From positions 6,498 through 70,497 of IMG/VR virus record IMGVR_UViG_3300032233_001964: 64,000 nucleotides of DNA; one strand, written 5' to 3'. The translations under genes and the position numbers were made by a program. Below the pieces are notes generated by a model, which saw only the letters and a program-made list of their open reading frames with translations, ran no database searches and was not told the origin of the DNA. Below are positions 43,745 through 52,581 of this stretch, in pieces. The stretch's first letter is position 1. Each line of letters opens with the position of its first letter. Origin of the DNA: a virus (taxonomy: Duplodnaviria > Caudoviricetes).

Positions 43745-45941
43745 CGTCGCCCTCCGCGTTCACGCCGGCGTAGTCGGCACGGTCCATCTCGTCCACGGCG
43801 ACCTGCGAGTCGACCGCGGTCCTGCTGATCTGGAACACGCGCATCGGCGCCCCGTGGATGCGGTGGATGGCGGCCCTGCTCTTGATCACCTTGTTGTGGC
43901 TGCGCCGGTCGGACAGCACGATCCAGTTGCGCTCCGCCCATCGCTCGATGATCTCCTCCGCCTGGAAGCCGAGCGGTTCGAGGATCTCGCGCAGCGTCGT
44001 CGGCAGCACCGAGATGCAGCCCCAGTCGTCGTCGGACTCCCACGCACCGGCCCACCCACGCACCGGGATGATCGGCGCCCCGCTGTTCGTCTTCTCGTGC
44101 CGGCCCCAGAACCGGGACTGGTTGGCGGTACACCACGACACGACCTCGATGAGCGCGACGTGCGGCCGGTCCTTCTCGGACTCGATCCGGTTCACGCACT
44201 CCAGGGCGTAGGCCATCGCGTCCTCTTCGGGGAGAGGCACGCCGAGCTCGTGGTGCAGGATCGAGGACATGAGATGCAGCGTGGCGAGGTTGCCCGCATG
44301 CCGGCGCCCGATGGCCGTGCGCGCGACCGCGGCGTAGCCGTCCCGCGCCTCGCGCCACACGCGCCGCAGTTCGTCATGCTGGTCGGCGATGGACACGAGG
44401 TAGTGGATCACCTTGCGGCCGAGGTGGCCGTAGTTCTGATGCACGAGGCGCGTCAGCTCCTCCGCCGCCGGCCCACCCGTGCCGGTGTCGTTGCCCATCG
44501 GCTTGCCCGTGACGGACAGCACGCGCGCACGGGTGCCTCCATCCTGCGAGAACGACGTGGCCGCGCTCTCGCCCGACGTGAGCATGATCGTGCGCCACGA
44601 CACCGTCTGCCGGGTGCCGCCGATGGACCCGCGTCCGCGACCCTGCCCGTTGGCGAAGTCGTAGATGACGTCGCGCACCTGCTTCTGATCCTTCGCCCGC
44701 TTCGTCTCGTCGAGGATGATCGGGAGGTTGCAGAGGAACCCGGACAGCCGCTCGATGTAGACGCGGGTGGAGTCCCACGAGTACATGGCCGTCGGCGCGT
44801 TGTCGCCGGGGCGTCCCCACACGGAGGCGCCCACGCGCATGGCCGTCGTCTTCCCGCTCGACGTCTCGCCGTTGAAGTCCACGATGAACGAGGGCGCGCC
44901 GAGGATCTCCAGCAGCGGGGCCGAGGCCGAGGCGTAGAGCGCGAGCCACATCGGGATGAACGGCTTCATCACCTCCATCGCCTCGATCCAATCCTCCCAC
45001 GTACCGGACGGCTTCCAGCCTTCGAGCACGGGCTCCATGCCCTCCGGCGGGGAGAGCTCGACGCCGCCGTCCTCCGGCCCCTGCTGCGTCGTGTAGAACG
45101 TCTCCGGCAGGAGGAAGCCCTGCACCCCGCCCTGCGCGATCCAGCCCATGCGGCTCGCGGCCTGGTGCGCGGCGAAGCGGTGCATGTTCTCCGCCTCGAA
45201 CTCAGCCAGCCATTCAACGAGCATGCCCGCCGTGTTGCTGGTGACAGGCACCTCGATGTCGGCGAGGCTGATCAGCTTCTGGCTGTTCATCACCATGCCA
45301 CGCTCCACCGGGCGCATCGTCCAGCCGGCCGGCGTGCGCCACATGAGCATGCGCTTCGCCGTCCCGGTCAGCACGTCGTGCGAGCGGCCCACGAGGAAGA
45401 TCGGGGCCGTCGCAACACGTTGGCTGTTCGTCCCGCCGTCGGCGGCGGCCGACAACTTGAACACGCCGGTCGGGTCGATGAGGTAGCCGCGCGGCACCTT
45501 CATCATGTCGAGCATGCCCGGCTCGATCAGCGTCGGAGGGGGCGCGCCGGCACCGAGCGCGACACCCAGCGACAGGAGCGACGGGTCGCGCGTCACGCCG
45601 ATGGCCCGGTCGAGGCTGGCCTTCCGCTTCTCAATGACGAGACGCTTGAGCGCGTTGCGGAGGGCGCGCGTGCGCGTGGCCTGTCCGGGCAGCATCTCCA
45701 CGACCGCGAGCATCGAGGACACCATGCTCTCGTCGGACATCCATGCGTCCGCGATGGCGCTGAGCGCCTCCGGCCGTTGGAGCGCGGCCCACGCGGCGAG
45801 GTGGTTGCTCTTCTCGCCGGACTGCACCTGGTTCTGCAACGTGCGGAGGAGGTCGAGCCCCTGCGACACGGTGTCCGGCCTGTCGTCTTCGAGGATGGGG
45901 CCGTCGCCAGCCACCGGCTCGTCGTTCTCTTCGGTGTTCAT
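43737..45941 (-). CDS. DUF927 family primase-associated helicase-like protein
   Basis: GETSSGKTT Walker A, ILDET, GQGRGR, YGHLG. Confidence 0.8.
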   Translation of the reverse strand: MNTEENDEPVAGDGPILEDDRPDTVSQGLDLLRTLQNQVQSGEKSNHLAAWAALQRPEALSAIADAWMSDESMVSSMLAVVEMLPGQATRTRALRNALKRLVIEKRKASLDRAIGVTRDPSLLSLGVALGAGAPPPTLIEPGMLDMMKVPRGYLIDPTGVFKLSAAADGGTNSQRVATAPIFLVGRSHDVLTGTAKRMLMWRTPAGWTMRPVERGMVMNSQKLISLADIEVPVTSNTAGMLVEWLAEFEAENMHRFAAHQAASRMGWIAQGGVQGFLLPETFYTTQQGPEDGGVELSPPEGMEPVLEGWKPSGTWEDWIEAMEVMKPFIPMWLALYASASAPLLEILGAPSFIVDFNGETSSGKTTAMRVGASVWGRPGDNAPTAMYSWDSTRVYIERLSGFLCNLPIILDETKRAKDQKQVRDVIYDFANGQGRGRGSIGGTRQTVSWRTIMLTSGESAATSFSQDGGTRARVLSVTGKPMGNDTGTGGPAAEELTRLVHQNYGHLGRKVIHYLVSIADQHDELRRVWREARDGYAAVARTAIGRRHAGNLATLHLMSSILHHELGVPLPEEDAMAYALECVNRIESEKDRPHVALIEVVSWCTANQSRFWGRHEKTNSGAPIIPVRGWAGAWESDDDWGCISVLPTTLREILEPLGFQAEEIIERWAERNWIVLSDRRSHNKVIKSRAAIHRIHGAPMRVFQISRTAVDSQVAVDEMDRADYAGVNAEGDDG

Positions 45942-46732
45942 GTGACGTGATCCCTGAGATAGAGGAAGCCGCGGGGCCGGAGGAACCCGTTGGCGCGGAG
46001 TTGCACGAGCGCGATGTTCATCGCACTACGACTGTAGCGGAGTTGCTCTGCCAACGTATCCAACGACGGCAGCGGGTCACCCGCATCCCACGCCGTGACG
46101 ATGGCATCGAGCGCGCGGTCGGGGCAGAAGGGGCGCCCCTCGCAGCCGGCGCGCCCACGGATGAGCCCCGTCTCCGTCGGCGTCGGGCCGTCGGAGATGA
46201 TCCGGCGGCGGCGCAACTCGGCCACGTACAACTTCGTGTCCCGGTCGGTCAGGCCGACGGCGTCCGCCAGGTCGAGGACGTCCGTCTGAAGACCGGCCGC
46301 CTCTCGGTTCATGATGGCCGCCTTGATCTTCGCCACGATCACCGGCACGAAGTCGGTCGGCTTCGCCGGGCGGAAGACCCGCGTCGGCTTCACGACCACG
46401 GGGTACGGGATCTCCAGCCGCTCGCAGTACCGCACGAGGCGCATGTAGAGCTTGCGCGTCGTGGCCTGCGATGGTTCCATGCCGAGCGCCTCGGCGATCT
46501 CCGGGTACTCCTTGCCCGCCTTTCGCATGGCGTAGACCCGCTCCAACTGGAGGTCGGTCGTGGTATCCGCCCGACGAGACTTCGTCGGTTCGTAGCCCGC
46601 CGTCCGCAGCCGCTTGTGGATGTTGTTCACCGTGCAGCCCTGCTGCGCGGCGATGGTCTTCACGTCCGTGCCGGAGCGCAACTGTTCCCACACCCGCTTG
46701 GCGCGCACGGCCGTCCACGGCCGTCCCTTCAT
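45938..46732 (-). CDS. Multi-HTH DNA-binding protein
   Basis: At least 3 HTH-like repeats; ATGA coupling. Confidence 0.65.
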   Translation of the reverse strand: MKGRPWTAVRAKRVWEQLRSGTDVKTIAAQQGCTVNNIHKRLRTAGYEPTKSRRADTTTDLQLERVYAMRKAGKEYPEIAEALGMEPSQATTRKLYMRLVRYCERLEIPYPVVVKPTRVFRPAKPTDFVPVIVAKIKAAIMNREAAGLQTDVLDLADAVGLTDRDTKLYVAELRRRRIISDGPTPTETGLIRGRAGCEGRPFCPDRALDAIVTAWDAGDPLPSLDTLAEQLRYSRSAMNIALVQLRANGFLRPRGFLYLRDHVT

Positions 46733-46932
46733 GGCTTCCATGCGTCCTCCGTGAAGGTGCCGTGCAGGATCTGGTAGTGCGCCGCGGTGTAGGCATGCTC
46801 GATGCCGAGCAGGTACGTGGAGTACTCCGTCTCGCCACGCTGGCGCGCGTCCACCTCGCCCTCGTGCGCCATGCGGGCGCGCCGCAGGCACTCCGCCGCG
46901 ATGGCCTGGACCTCAGGATCACGCTTCGTCAC
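46729..46932 (-). CDS. Hypothetical protein
   Basis: Coupled ORF. Confidence 0.55.
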   Translation of the reverse strand: MTKRDPEVQAIAAECLRRARMAHEGEVDARQRGETEYSTYLLGIEHAYTAAHYQILHGTFTEDAWKP

Positions 46933-47189
46933 GCATCACCTCCTCCCACGCAGTCAGGTCCATCATCGACGTGAGCCGGGACAGCGCAGCGCGGGCCGCG
47001 CGGATGCGGTCCTCGTGCGCCACCCGGAGCGTGGCCTCGATGTCACGCGCGATGCGCGACTCGAACTGGTTGGCCTCCTTGTTGCGAAGCCAGTCGATGT
47101 ACTCGGTGTTCGTCAGCGCATCGATGATGATCTGCTCGTGCGCCTCGACCTGCGACTCGAACGTCGCGTACTTCTCGTACCTGTCCATC
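46919..47189 (-). CDS. Hypothetical protein (MDRYEKYATF...; start approximate)
   Basis: Coupled ORF. Confidence 0.5.
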
Positions 47190-49056
47190 ACTGCACCTCG
47201 CTCGGCGGCGCCGCGATGCCGTTGGCGATGATGTTCGCTGCGCTCTCGCGGTTCAGCGCGCTGATCTGCCCGTTGGTGTAGCCGAGCGCCTTGAGCATGG
47301 CCCACATGCTGGGCGATGCCACGAAGACCTGCATGACCGGCTTCTCCGACAGGGGCGGCACGGTCACCTGGGGCACGCTGACAGGCGCGCTGGCCGTCAC
47401 GCCGACGACCTCCGGCACGACCGTCTCGACGACCTCCGGCGCGGCCTCCTCGACCTTGCCGAGCTCGATGACGGTCCAGCCCTTCGGCGTCTTCTTCGGC
47501 TTCGTCGGCGTGCCGATCACGACCTGCCCGTCGAACGACGACCACGAGGCGAGCACCTTGCTCAGGGTGTCCGCATCCCAGCCGCGGTCCTCCGGCATCA
47601 CCAGCACGGGCCGGTCGGAGGGGACGGTGCTGCTGATCGCCATCGCCAGGGCACACGTCACCGTGGCCCACTCCGCACCCGACAGGGCGGCGCGCAGCTT
47701 GCCGCCGGCGGCCAGGCCGAGGCGGAAGACCTCCTTGTCCCCGTCCACCAACTGGAGGCCGAACGTCCAGCCGTCCGGCATGAACGTCTGCACGCGCGCC
47801 ACGAACGCATCGGAGACGCGCTTGAGGAGGCCGGCGACGACACCCTCCAGTTCCTTCTTCATGCCCTTGTACGTCTCACTCTCGCGCGTCATCTCCGCGA
47901 CGGTGTCGCGTGCGCGCTTGAGGCTCGACCACTTGTCCGCCGTGGTGCGGAGCGCGAGGTAGCGGTCCTGTGCGGCGATGGCTTCCTTCTGCAACTCAGT
48001 CGCATCAAGGTCGAGCAACTCCTGCGGGAGCAGCGCCACGTCCTGCGCGAGCTCCGCGAGGCGGCGCTCCATCCCGGCGTAGTCCGGCGCCGGCTGCTGC
48101 GCCGGAAGGGAGTTCAGCGTGTCGGAGTAGAACGAGGCGCACGCCTTGATGTGCGCCTTGCCCACAGCGCTGGAGCAGAGGGGGCACGCCTCCACGCCCT
48201 GCGACACGGCGATGCCCGCCGCCGACGCCATGCTGCGGTAGAACTCGCGCTCGATCTCGGACGCCGGCGCGACGCGCGGGGCCGCGAGCTGCTGACGCAA
48301 CCCGGTGATCTTGGCGAGCAGCGCGGCATGCTGCGCCTGTGCGCTCTGCGTGCGGCTGAGACGGGCCGCCGTCTCGCCGGAGATGCGCTTCGCCTCCTCG
48401 ATGTCGGCCTCGGTCGGAGCCTCGTCGAGATCCTGCGTCATGCCGGTGAGCAGCGTCTCCGCCCCGCTCGCCTCCTTGGCGGCGTCACGCTGCCGCTTGC
48501 CCGCGTACTCCAGCGTGGCGAGGAGCGCCTCGACCGGGGACTTGCCACGGCCGACCGCCGCGCTGATGTCCTTGTACTTGGCCTGATAGATGGTCGGCAC
48601 CATCTCCTCGACGTCGGAGGCGCGCACGTCCGCAGCGGCCCACGAGAGGAACGCCTTGCGCGCCGTGGCCGGGGAGCCCTCCAGCACCTCGCGCACCGCG
48701 TGCAGCGGGAGGAACGCATCGCCCGCCGTGTCGTGCGAGGGGCGCCCGCCGTCCTTGGCGATGAAGACGTAGTCCTCGCCGCTGCTCAACTTGGCGTGGA
48801 TGGAGAGGCGCTCGGCACTCGCCATGCTCATCAGCAGCGCCGAGTCGCGCACACCGGAGCGCCCGACGAGGTCGTCGGCACTGCCGAGCAGCGCCAACTG
48901 AAGGCTCTGCTGGATGCTAGACTTGCCGCTTCCGTTCGGCCCGACGATCAGCGTCTTGGGTCCGAGCTCGACGGTCTTGGGGCGGCCGTCGGCGGTCTTG
49001 AGGTTGGAGACGAGGCGCTCGACGTGCGGGCGCTGGGTGGTGGTCTTCTTTGCCAT
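47188..49056 (-). CDS. Rad50/SbcC-like ABC ATPase
   Basis: GPNGSGKSS Walker A, CPLC Zn hook, LSGAE signature; promoter TTGACG-N17-TAAGGT at 49163-49135. Confidence 0.8.
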   Translation of the reverse strand: MAKKTTTQRPHVERLVSNLKTADGRPKTVELGPKTLIVGPNGSGKSSIQQSLQLALLGSADDLVGRSGVRDSALLMSMASAERLSIHAKLSSGEDYVFIAKDGGRPSHDTAGDAFLPLHAVREVLEGSPATARKAFLSWAAADVRASDVEEMVPTIYQAKYKDISAAVGRGKSPVEALLATLEYAGKRQRDAAKEASGAETLLTGMTQDLDEAPTEADIEEAKRISGETAARLSRTQSAQAQHAALLAKITGLRQQLAAPRVAPASEIEREFYRSMASAAGIAVSQGVEACPLCSSAVGKAHIKACASFYSDTLNSLPAQQPAPDYAGMERRLAELAQDVALLPQELLDLDATELQKEAIAAQDRYLALRTTADKWSSLKRARDTVAEMTRESETYKGMKKELEGVVAGLLKRVSDAFVARVQTFMPDGWTFGLQLVDGDKEVFRLGLAAGGKLRAALSGAEWATVTCALAMAISSTVPSDRPVLVMPEDRGWDADTLSKVLASWSSFDGQVVIGTPTKPKKTPKGWTVIELGKVEEAAPEVVETVVPEVVGVTASAPVSVPQVTVPPLSEKPVMQVFVASPSMWAMLKALGYTNGQISALNRESAANIIANGIAAPPSEVQ

Positions 49057-49159
49057 GATGCACTCCGGGGAAGGCGTCCGGTGGGCGTCGCTGCCGCTGA
49101 CAGGGAAGCGAACGACGCCGCACCGGACACGAACACCTTAGTGTATCGCTACCGCACCG

Positions 49160-49588
49160 TCAAGTAGACAGAGTATATTTTGTGTACGGCATGCAGATGC
49201 CCTGGTCCGCACCGCACTCCAAGCAGTCGGTGTACTCGTCAGGATCGGCGAGGCCCGACGCCATGCGAACCATCGTGTGCATACGCAGCGAATGGCCGCA
49301 ACGAGAACACGACGAAGCCGAGGCGCGCTCTTCCTCATCGCGCACGGGGGCCACGGGCGTCTCCGTAACGCTGGAGCGTGAGTCTGTCAAACGCTTGTGC
49401 ATCGACCAGTACGCGGCGCGCATCTGCCGGTTCTCCTCGCGCACCGTCTCCAGCGCGAGGGCCGCCTCGACGAACAGGTGGCGGATCTGCGTCTGCTCGT
49501 CGGGCCGGTGTTGCTGCCACCATCGGATGCGGCGGAGAAGCGACTGCGCCTTGTCGATCTGCGGACATGTGTGCCCCGGAGGTTTCAT
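49160..49588 (-). CDS. Hypothetical protein (HTCPQID family)
   Basis: ATG in MKPPGHTCPQID. Confidence 0.55.
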   Translation of the reverse strand: MKPPGHTCPQIDKAQSLLRRIRWWQQHRPDEQTQIRHLFVEAALALETVREENRQMRAAYWSMHKRLTDSRSSVTETPVAPVRDEEERASASSCSRCGHSLRMHTMVRMASGLADPDEYTDCLECGADQGICMPYTKYTLST

Positions 49589-49914
49589 GGCGCAGCCTCC
49601 AGCGCGGCGACTAGAAGTTCGGACTCGCTCTCGCCTTGCAGCGCGGTCGTTCCGTAGTCCGCGAGGAACCAGCGTCGTTTCCCACCGTTCACGGGCGATA
49701 GCGTCGTCTGCCCGTGCGCCTCCCGCACCAGCGCCAGCACGCACCCGAGCGTGGCAGGATCGCGGAGATCCGGCACGTCCACGTCGTTCGACCAGCGCCA
49801 CAAGAGCGAGGCGTCCCACGTCCTACCCTGCATGTCGAGCATGCCGCGCATGGGGCGGAAGCCCTTGCACGCGACGAGGCGCTTGCCCAGCGCGGTGGCT
49901 TCCTCTTCGGTCAT
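49585..49914 (-). CDS. Hypothetical phage protein
   Basis: PDLRDPATLGCVLALVREA motif; coupled. Confidence 0.6.
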   Translation of the reverse strand: MTEEEATALGKRLVACKGFRPMRGMLDMQGRTWDASLLWRWSNDVDVPDLRDPATLGCVLALVREAHGQTTLSPVNGGKRRWFLADYGTTALQGESESELLVAALEAAP

Positions 49915-50132
49915 GCCCCCTCCTCGCGGCGGTGCTCGCCGCGTTCGATGGTGTCGGCAATGTTGCGGCGCACGTTGCAGTACGCGCAGAACCTGTCTTC
50001 GTGCCCCGGCGACCCGCACTCCGCACGCAGCCACGCCACCACGGCGGCGCGCTCCTCGGCAGCCCCGGCATGGAAGGCCGACTCGACGGCAGCCTCCAGC
50101 CATCGACGCAGCTTCTCGTCGTCAATGGTCAT
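49911..50132 (-). CDS. Hypothetical protein
   Basis: Coupled ORF. Confidence 0.55.
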   Translation of the reverse strand: MTIDDEKLRRWLEAAVESAFHAGAAEERAAVVAWLRAECGSPGHEDRFCAYCNVRRNIADTIERGEHRREEGA

Positions 50133-50182
50133 CGGGACACCGTGTTGCGGCGGGCGAGCTCGCGCTGCAAGTACCAGAGCGC
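50129..50182 (-). pseudogene. Orphaned original 3' end of the DUF3310 gene
   Basis: LKKALWYLQRELARRNTVSR duplicates the LKKARWYIDR motif of 50854-51405. Confidence 0.6.
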
Positions 50183-50198
50183 CTTCTTGAGATTACGC

Positions 50199-50867
50199 CT
50201 ATACATTTTCGTACCTCTGTATGATCGTCTTTGCCCACTCAAGAACGTCGGCCACACGCTGACCTTTCGGCTGCGCCGTAGTCCAGAGTTCCAGGTTTTC
50301 CGGTCGGTTGTCATCTTTGACGCCGTTGATGTGATGGACGTTCTCGTCAGGGTGCAGCGCGCGTCCGAGACGGTTCGACATCACAAGCCTGTGCTCCATG
50401 ATGTAGCCCTGCTTGGTCGCGTTCGGATGACCCTTGGCGTAGACGATGACGTACCCCTTCGAGTCTTTTCGCCTCCCGCCACGCCAGTTTTTCGCGTTTT
50501 CGCCGTTTCGCGGCAAGCACTGTCCGCACGAGCGGACGCTTCCGCTGCGAAGGTTACTGCTCAAGACAGTGTGTTCGTGGCCACAAGCACAACGACAGAG
50601 CCACCTTGCCCCGCCGCTTTGATGTGGCTCGCGCTCGCAGCGCATAAGCACCGACAGCAGTCCGAAAGTCAGCCCTGCGAGGTCCATGAAGTTGGGATCA
50701 AGGCAGCCGCAAGACTTCGTGTTTCCACTATTGAGATTGCCTCCGGTGACGATCCTCTCGTTCCCGCAAGAACATCGGCATAGCCACCAAGACTTGCCGC
50801 CAGCACGGGGAACTTCGCGGATCACAGTAAGCCGTCCGTAGACGCGACCAGTTCTATCTATCTTCAT
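50199..50867 (-). mobile_element. Free-standing HNH homing endonuclease
   Basis: Two GxxxGxLxV..WLCRCxCG repeats, EHRLVM..ENVHHINGVKDDNRPENLELW; lower GC. Confidence 0.85.
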
Positions 50868-51405
50868 CACCTGAAGTCTCCGCGACCGATAGCGCACGGT
50901 CGATGTACCAGCGGGCTTTCTTGAGGTCTTCTGCGGCGGAGCCCTTCTTTCCCGCACGCGCGATATATTTTATCGCATTTCCGAGATGAAAAGCAACCCC
51001 CCTCGGCCAACCTTTGGTCCAGTCCTCGATCACCGTGATGGCTTCGATCTTTCCGACGTTGTAGTGGCGCGGATGATCGACCGTGTTAGGTTCGGGTCGA
51101 ACGGGGTCTACAATAGCGAGAGGCGCGGCAGAGCGGGCCGCCTGCAAACTTTCAAGGCGGGACGCCATGTACCTGCGGTTGCGGTCGGCCAAAGCGTACA
51201 TCACGTCGGTGTGCTCGTCGCAGTAGCGACCCCCTTCGAGGGCCGTACCCGTGCAGCCGCCCGCCCACTTGCAGCCCTTGGGGGCGGCCTTCTCGCACAG
51301 TTCGCGCCAGCCCTTGTGCCACCGACAGGTATCGGCGTAGTTGGCACAGGTCCGCTCTTCGTCGCCATGCACGTATACACGCGCGCCACACTTCTCTCTG
51401 CTCAT
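50854..51405 (-). CDS. DUF3310 domain protein with Cys-rich N-terminus
   Basis: VDHPRHY..IEAI..GNAIKYIARAGKK..EDLKKARWY. Confidence 0.8.
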   Translation of the reverse strand: MSREKCGARVYVHGDEERTCANYADTCRWHKGWRELCEKAAPKGCKWAGGCTGTALEGGRYCDEHTDVMYALADRNRRYMASRLESLQAARSAAPLAIVDPVRPEPNTVDHPRHYNVGKIEAITVIEDWTKGWPRGVAFHLGNAIKYIARAGKKGSAAEDLKKARWYIDRALSVAETSGDEDR

Positions 51406-51815
51406 GCTGATTCTCCGATGTGAAGTACGCCGACGTCCGTCCAGGCGTCGGTATCTTTGGCCTCGACGCCGATGATGGCGGCGACCTGCTTGCTGGCGGG
51501 GATCCATGCGAAGGCCGGCTTACGGCGGGCGAGGAACCCCTCGACGAGCGCGAACGTGGCGCGGCCCACGGCTGGCTGATCGAAGTGGAACACCGGCACG
51601 ACGATGCCGTGAAACAGCGGGCTGCCGCTCCAGTCTTCCGCGACCGGCACGTCCTTGACCCATGTGTTCCAGCCGCCCATCGCGCGGCTGCGCTTCATGT
51701 AGTCGTCGCGGCCCGGCACGACAGAGACTTGAAACCTCTCGGTCGCAGCCGCCACCCATGCGTCGATGGTCGCGTCCTCGACCTGCTTGGTGTGCGCGAG
51801 GAACAGCGCGTTCAT
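51402..51815 (-). CDS. Hypothetical protein
   Basis: Coupled ORF. Confidence 0.6.
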   Translation of the reverse strand: MNALFLAHTKQVEDATIDAWVAAATERFQVSVVPGRDDYMKRSRAMGGWNTWVKDVPVAEDWSGSPLFHGIVVPVFHFDQPAVGRATFALVEGFLARRKPAFAWIPASKQVAAIIGVEAKDTDAWTDVGVLHIGESA

Positions 51816-52033
51816 GCCGCCCTCCAAAGCAGCACGTACTTGCGACGCGGCTGCGTCTTCTGCTGGTAGATCACCTTGCCCTCCTCGTACAACTCCATGA
51901 GCATGGGCTGAAGGAAGCGCGGCGTGATCCGCAGTTCGGATGCGACCTCCTCGGTCGTCGACCACGGCTCGTCGGTGATGACGGCGAGCGCCTTCCGCTT
52001 GTGCGTGGCGCGGGGATCGGTCGGCGGCTTCAT
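51812..52033 (-). CDS. Small winged-helix protein
   Basis: STTEEVASELRI..LMELYEEGKV. Confidence 0.6.
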   Translation of the reverse strand: MKPPTDPRATHKRKALAVITDEPWSTTEEVASELRITPRFLQPMLMELYEEGKVIYQQKTQPRRKYVLLWRAA

Positions 52034-52203
52034 GCGATCTCCTTGCGCGTCTGCGCCTGCCACGCTTGGATCGCCTTCACCAAGGCGTCGAAGTCGTCGC
52101 GGTCGATGGTCAGGGTGCGCCGGCGCGTGATGGCGTCGGTGCGGTTACGCGCGATGACACGGTCCACGAGCGCTTCGAGCTGCGCCTGCGTCATGGGGAT
52201 CAT
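52030..52203 (-). CDS. Hypothetical small protein, missed by the ORF track
   Basis: MIPMTQAQLEALVDRVIARN...; coupled at both ends. Confidence 0.5.
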   Translation of the reverse strand: MIPMTQAQLEALVDRVIARNRTDAITRRRTLTIDRDDFDALVKAIQAWQAQTRKEIA

Positions 52204-52445
52204 GAGTTCTCCTTGCGATGGTCGCCGCGCAGGATGGCCTCGGCCAGCGCGGCGTTGTCGCAGCCGGTCCCCGGCGCGAGCAGGTACGCCACCACGGCCT
52301 TCTCCTCTGCCGCGAGGTCGAACTTCAGTGACTCGATGATGAGTTCCTTGAACTTCAGCGACTTCTTCAAGTCCTTGATCGTCAGCGCCATCTCAGCGAT
52401 CTGCGCGGCGAGCGCTTCGTTGCGTTCTTCTAGCGTCACGGCCAC
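52200..52445 (-). CDS. Coiled-coil hypothetical protein
   Basis: Coupled ORF. Confidence 0.55.
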   Translation of the reverse strand: MAVTLEERNEALAAQIAEMALTIKDLKKSLKFKELIIESLKFDLAAEEKAVVAYLLAPGTGCDNAALAEAILRGDHRKENS

Positions 52446-52581
52446 CTCCCGACCTTGCGGGCCACGGCGGCCACGAGGTCGAGCAGCCAGTGCGTGATGT
52501 CGATGAGGTCTGCTTGCATGTCGTCTCTCCTAAAGACCTCTATGGTATAGCAAGACCATACCGTAGCGGCAAGAAGAAACG

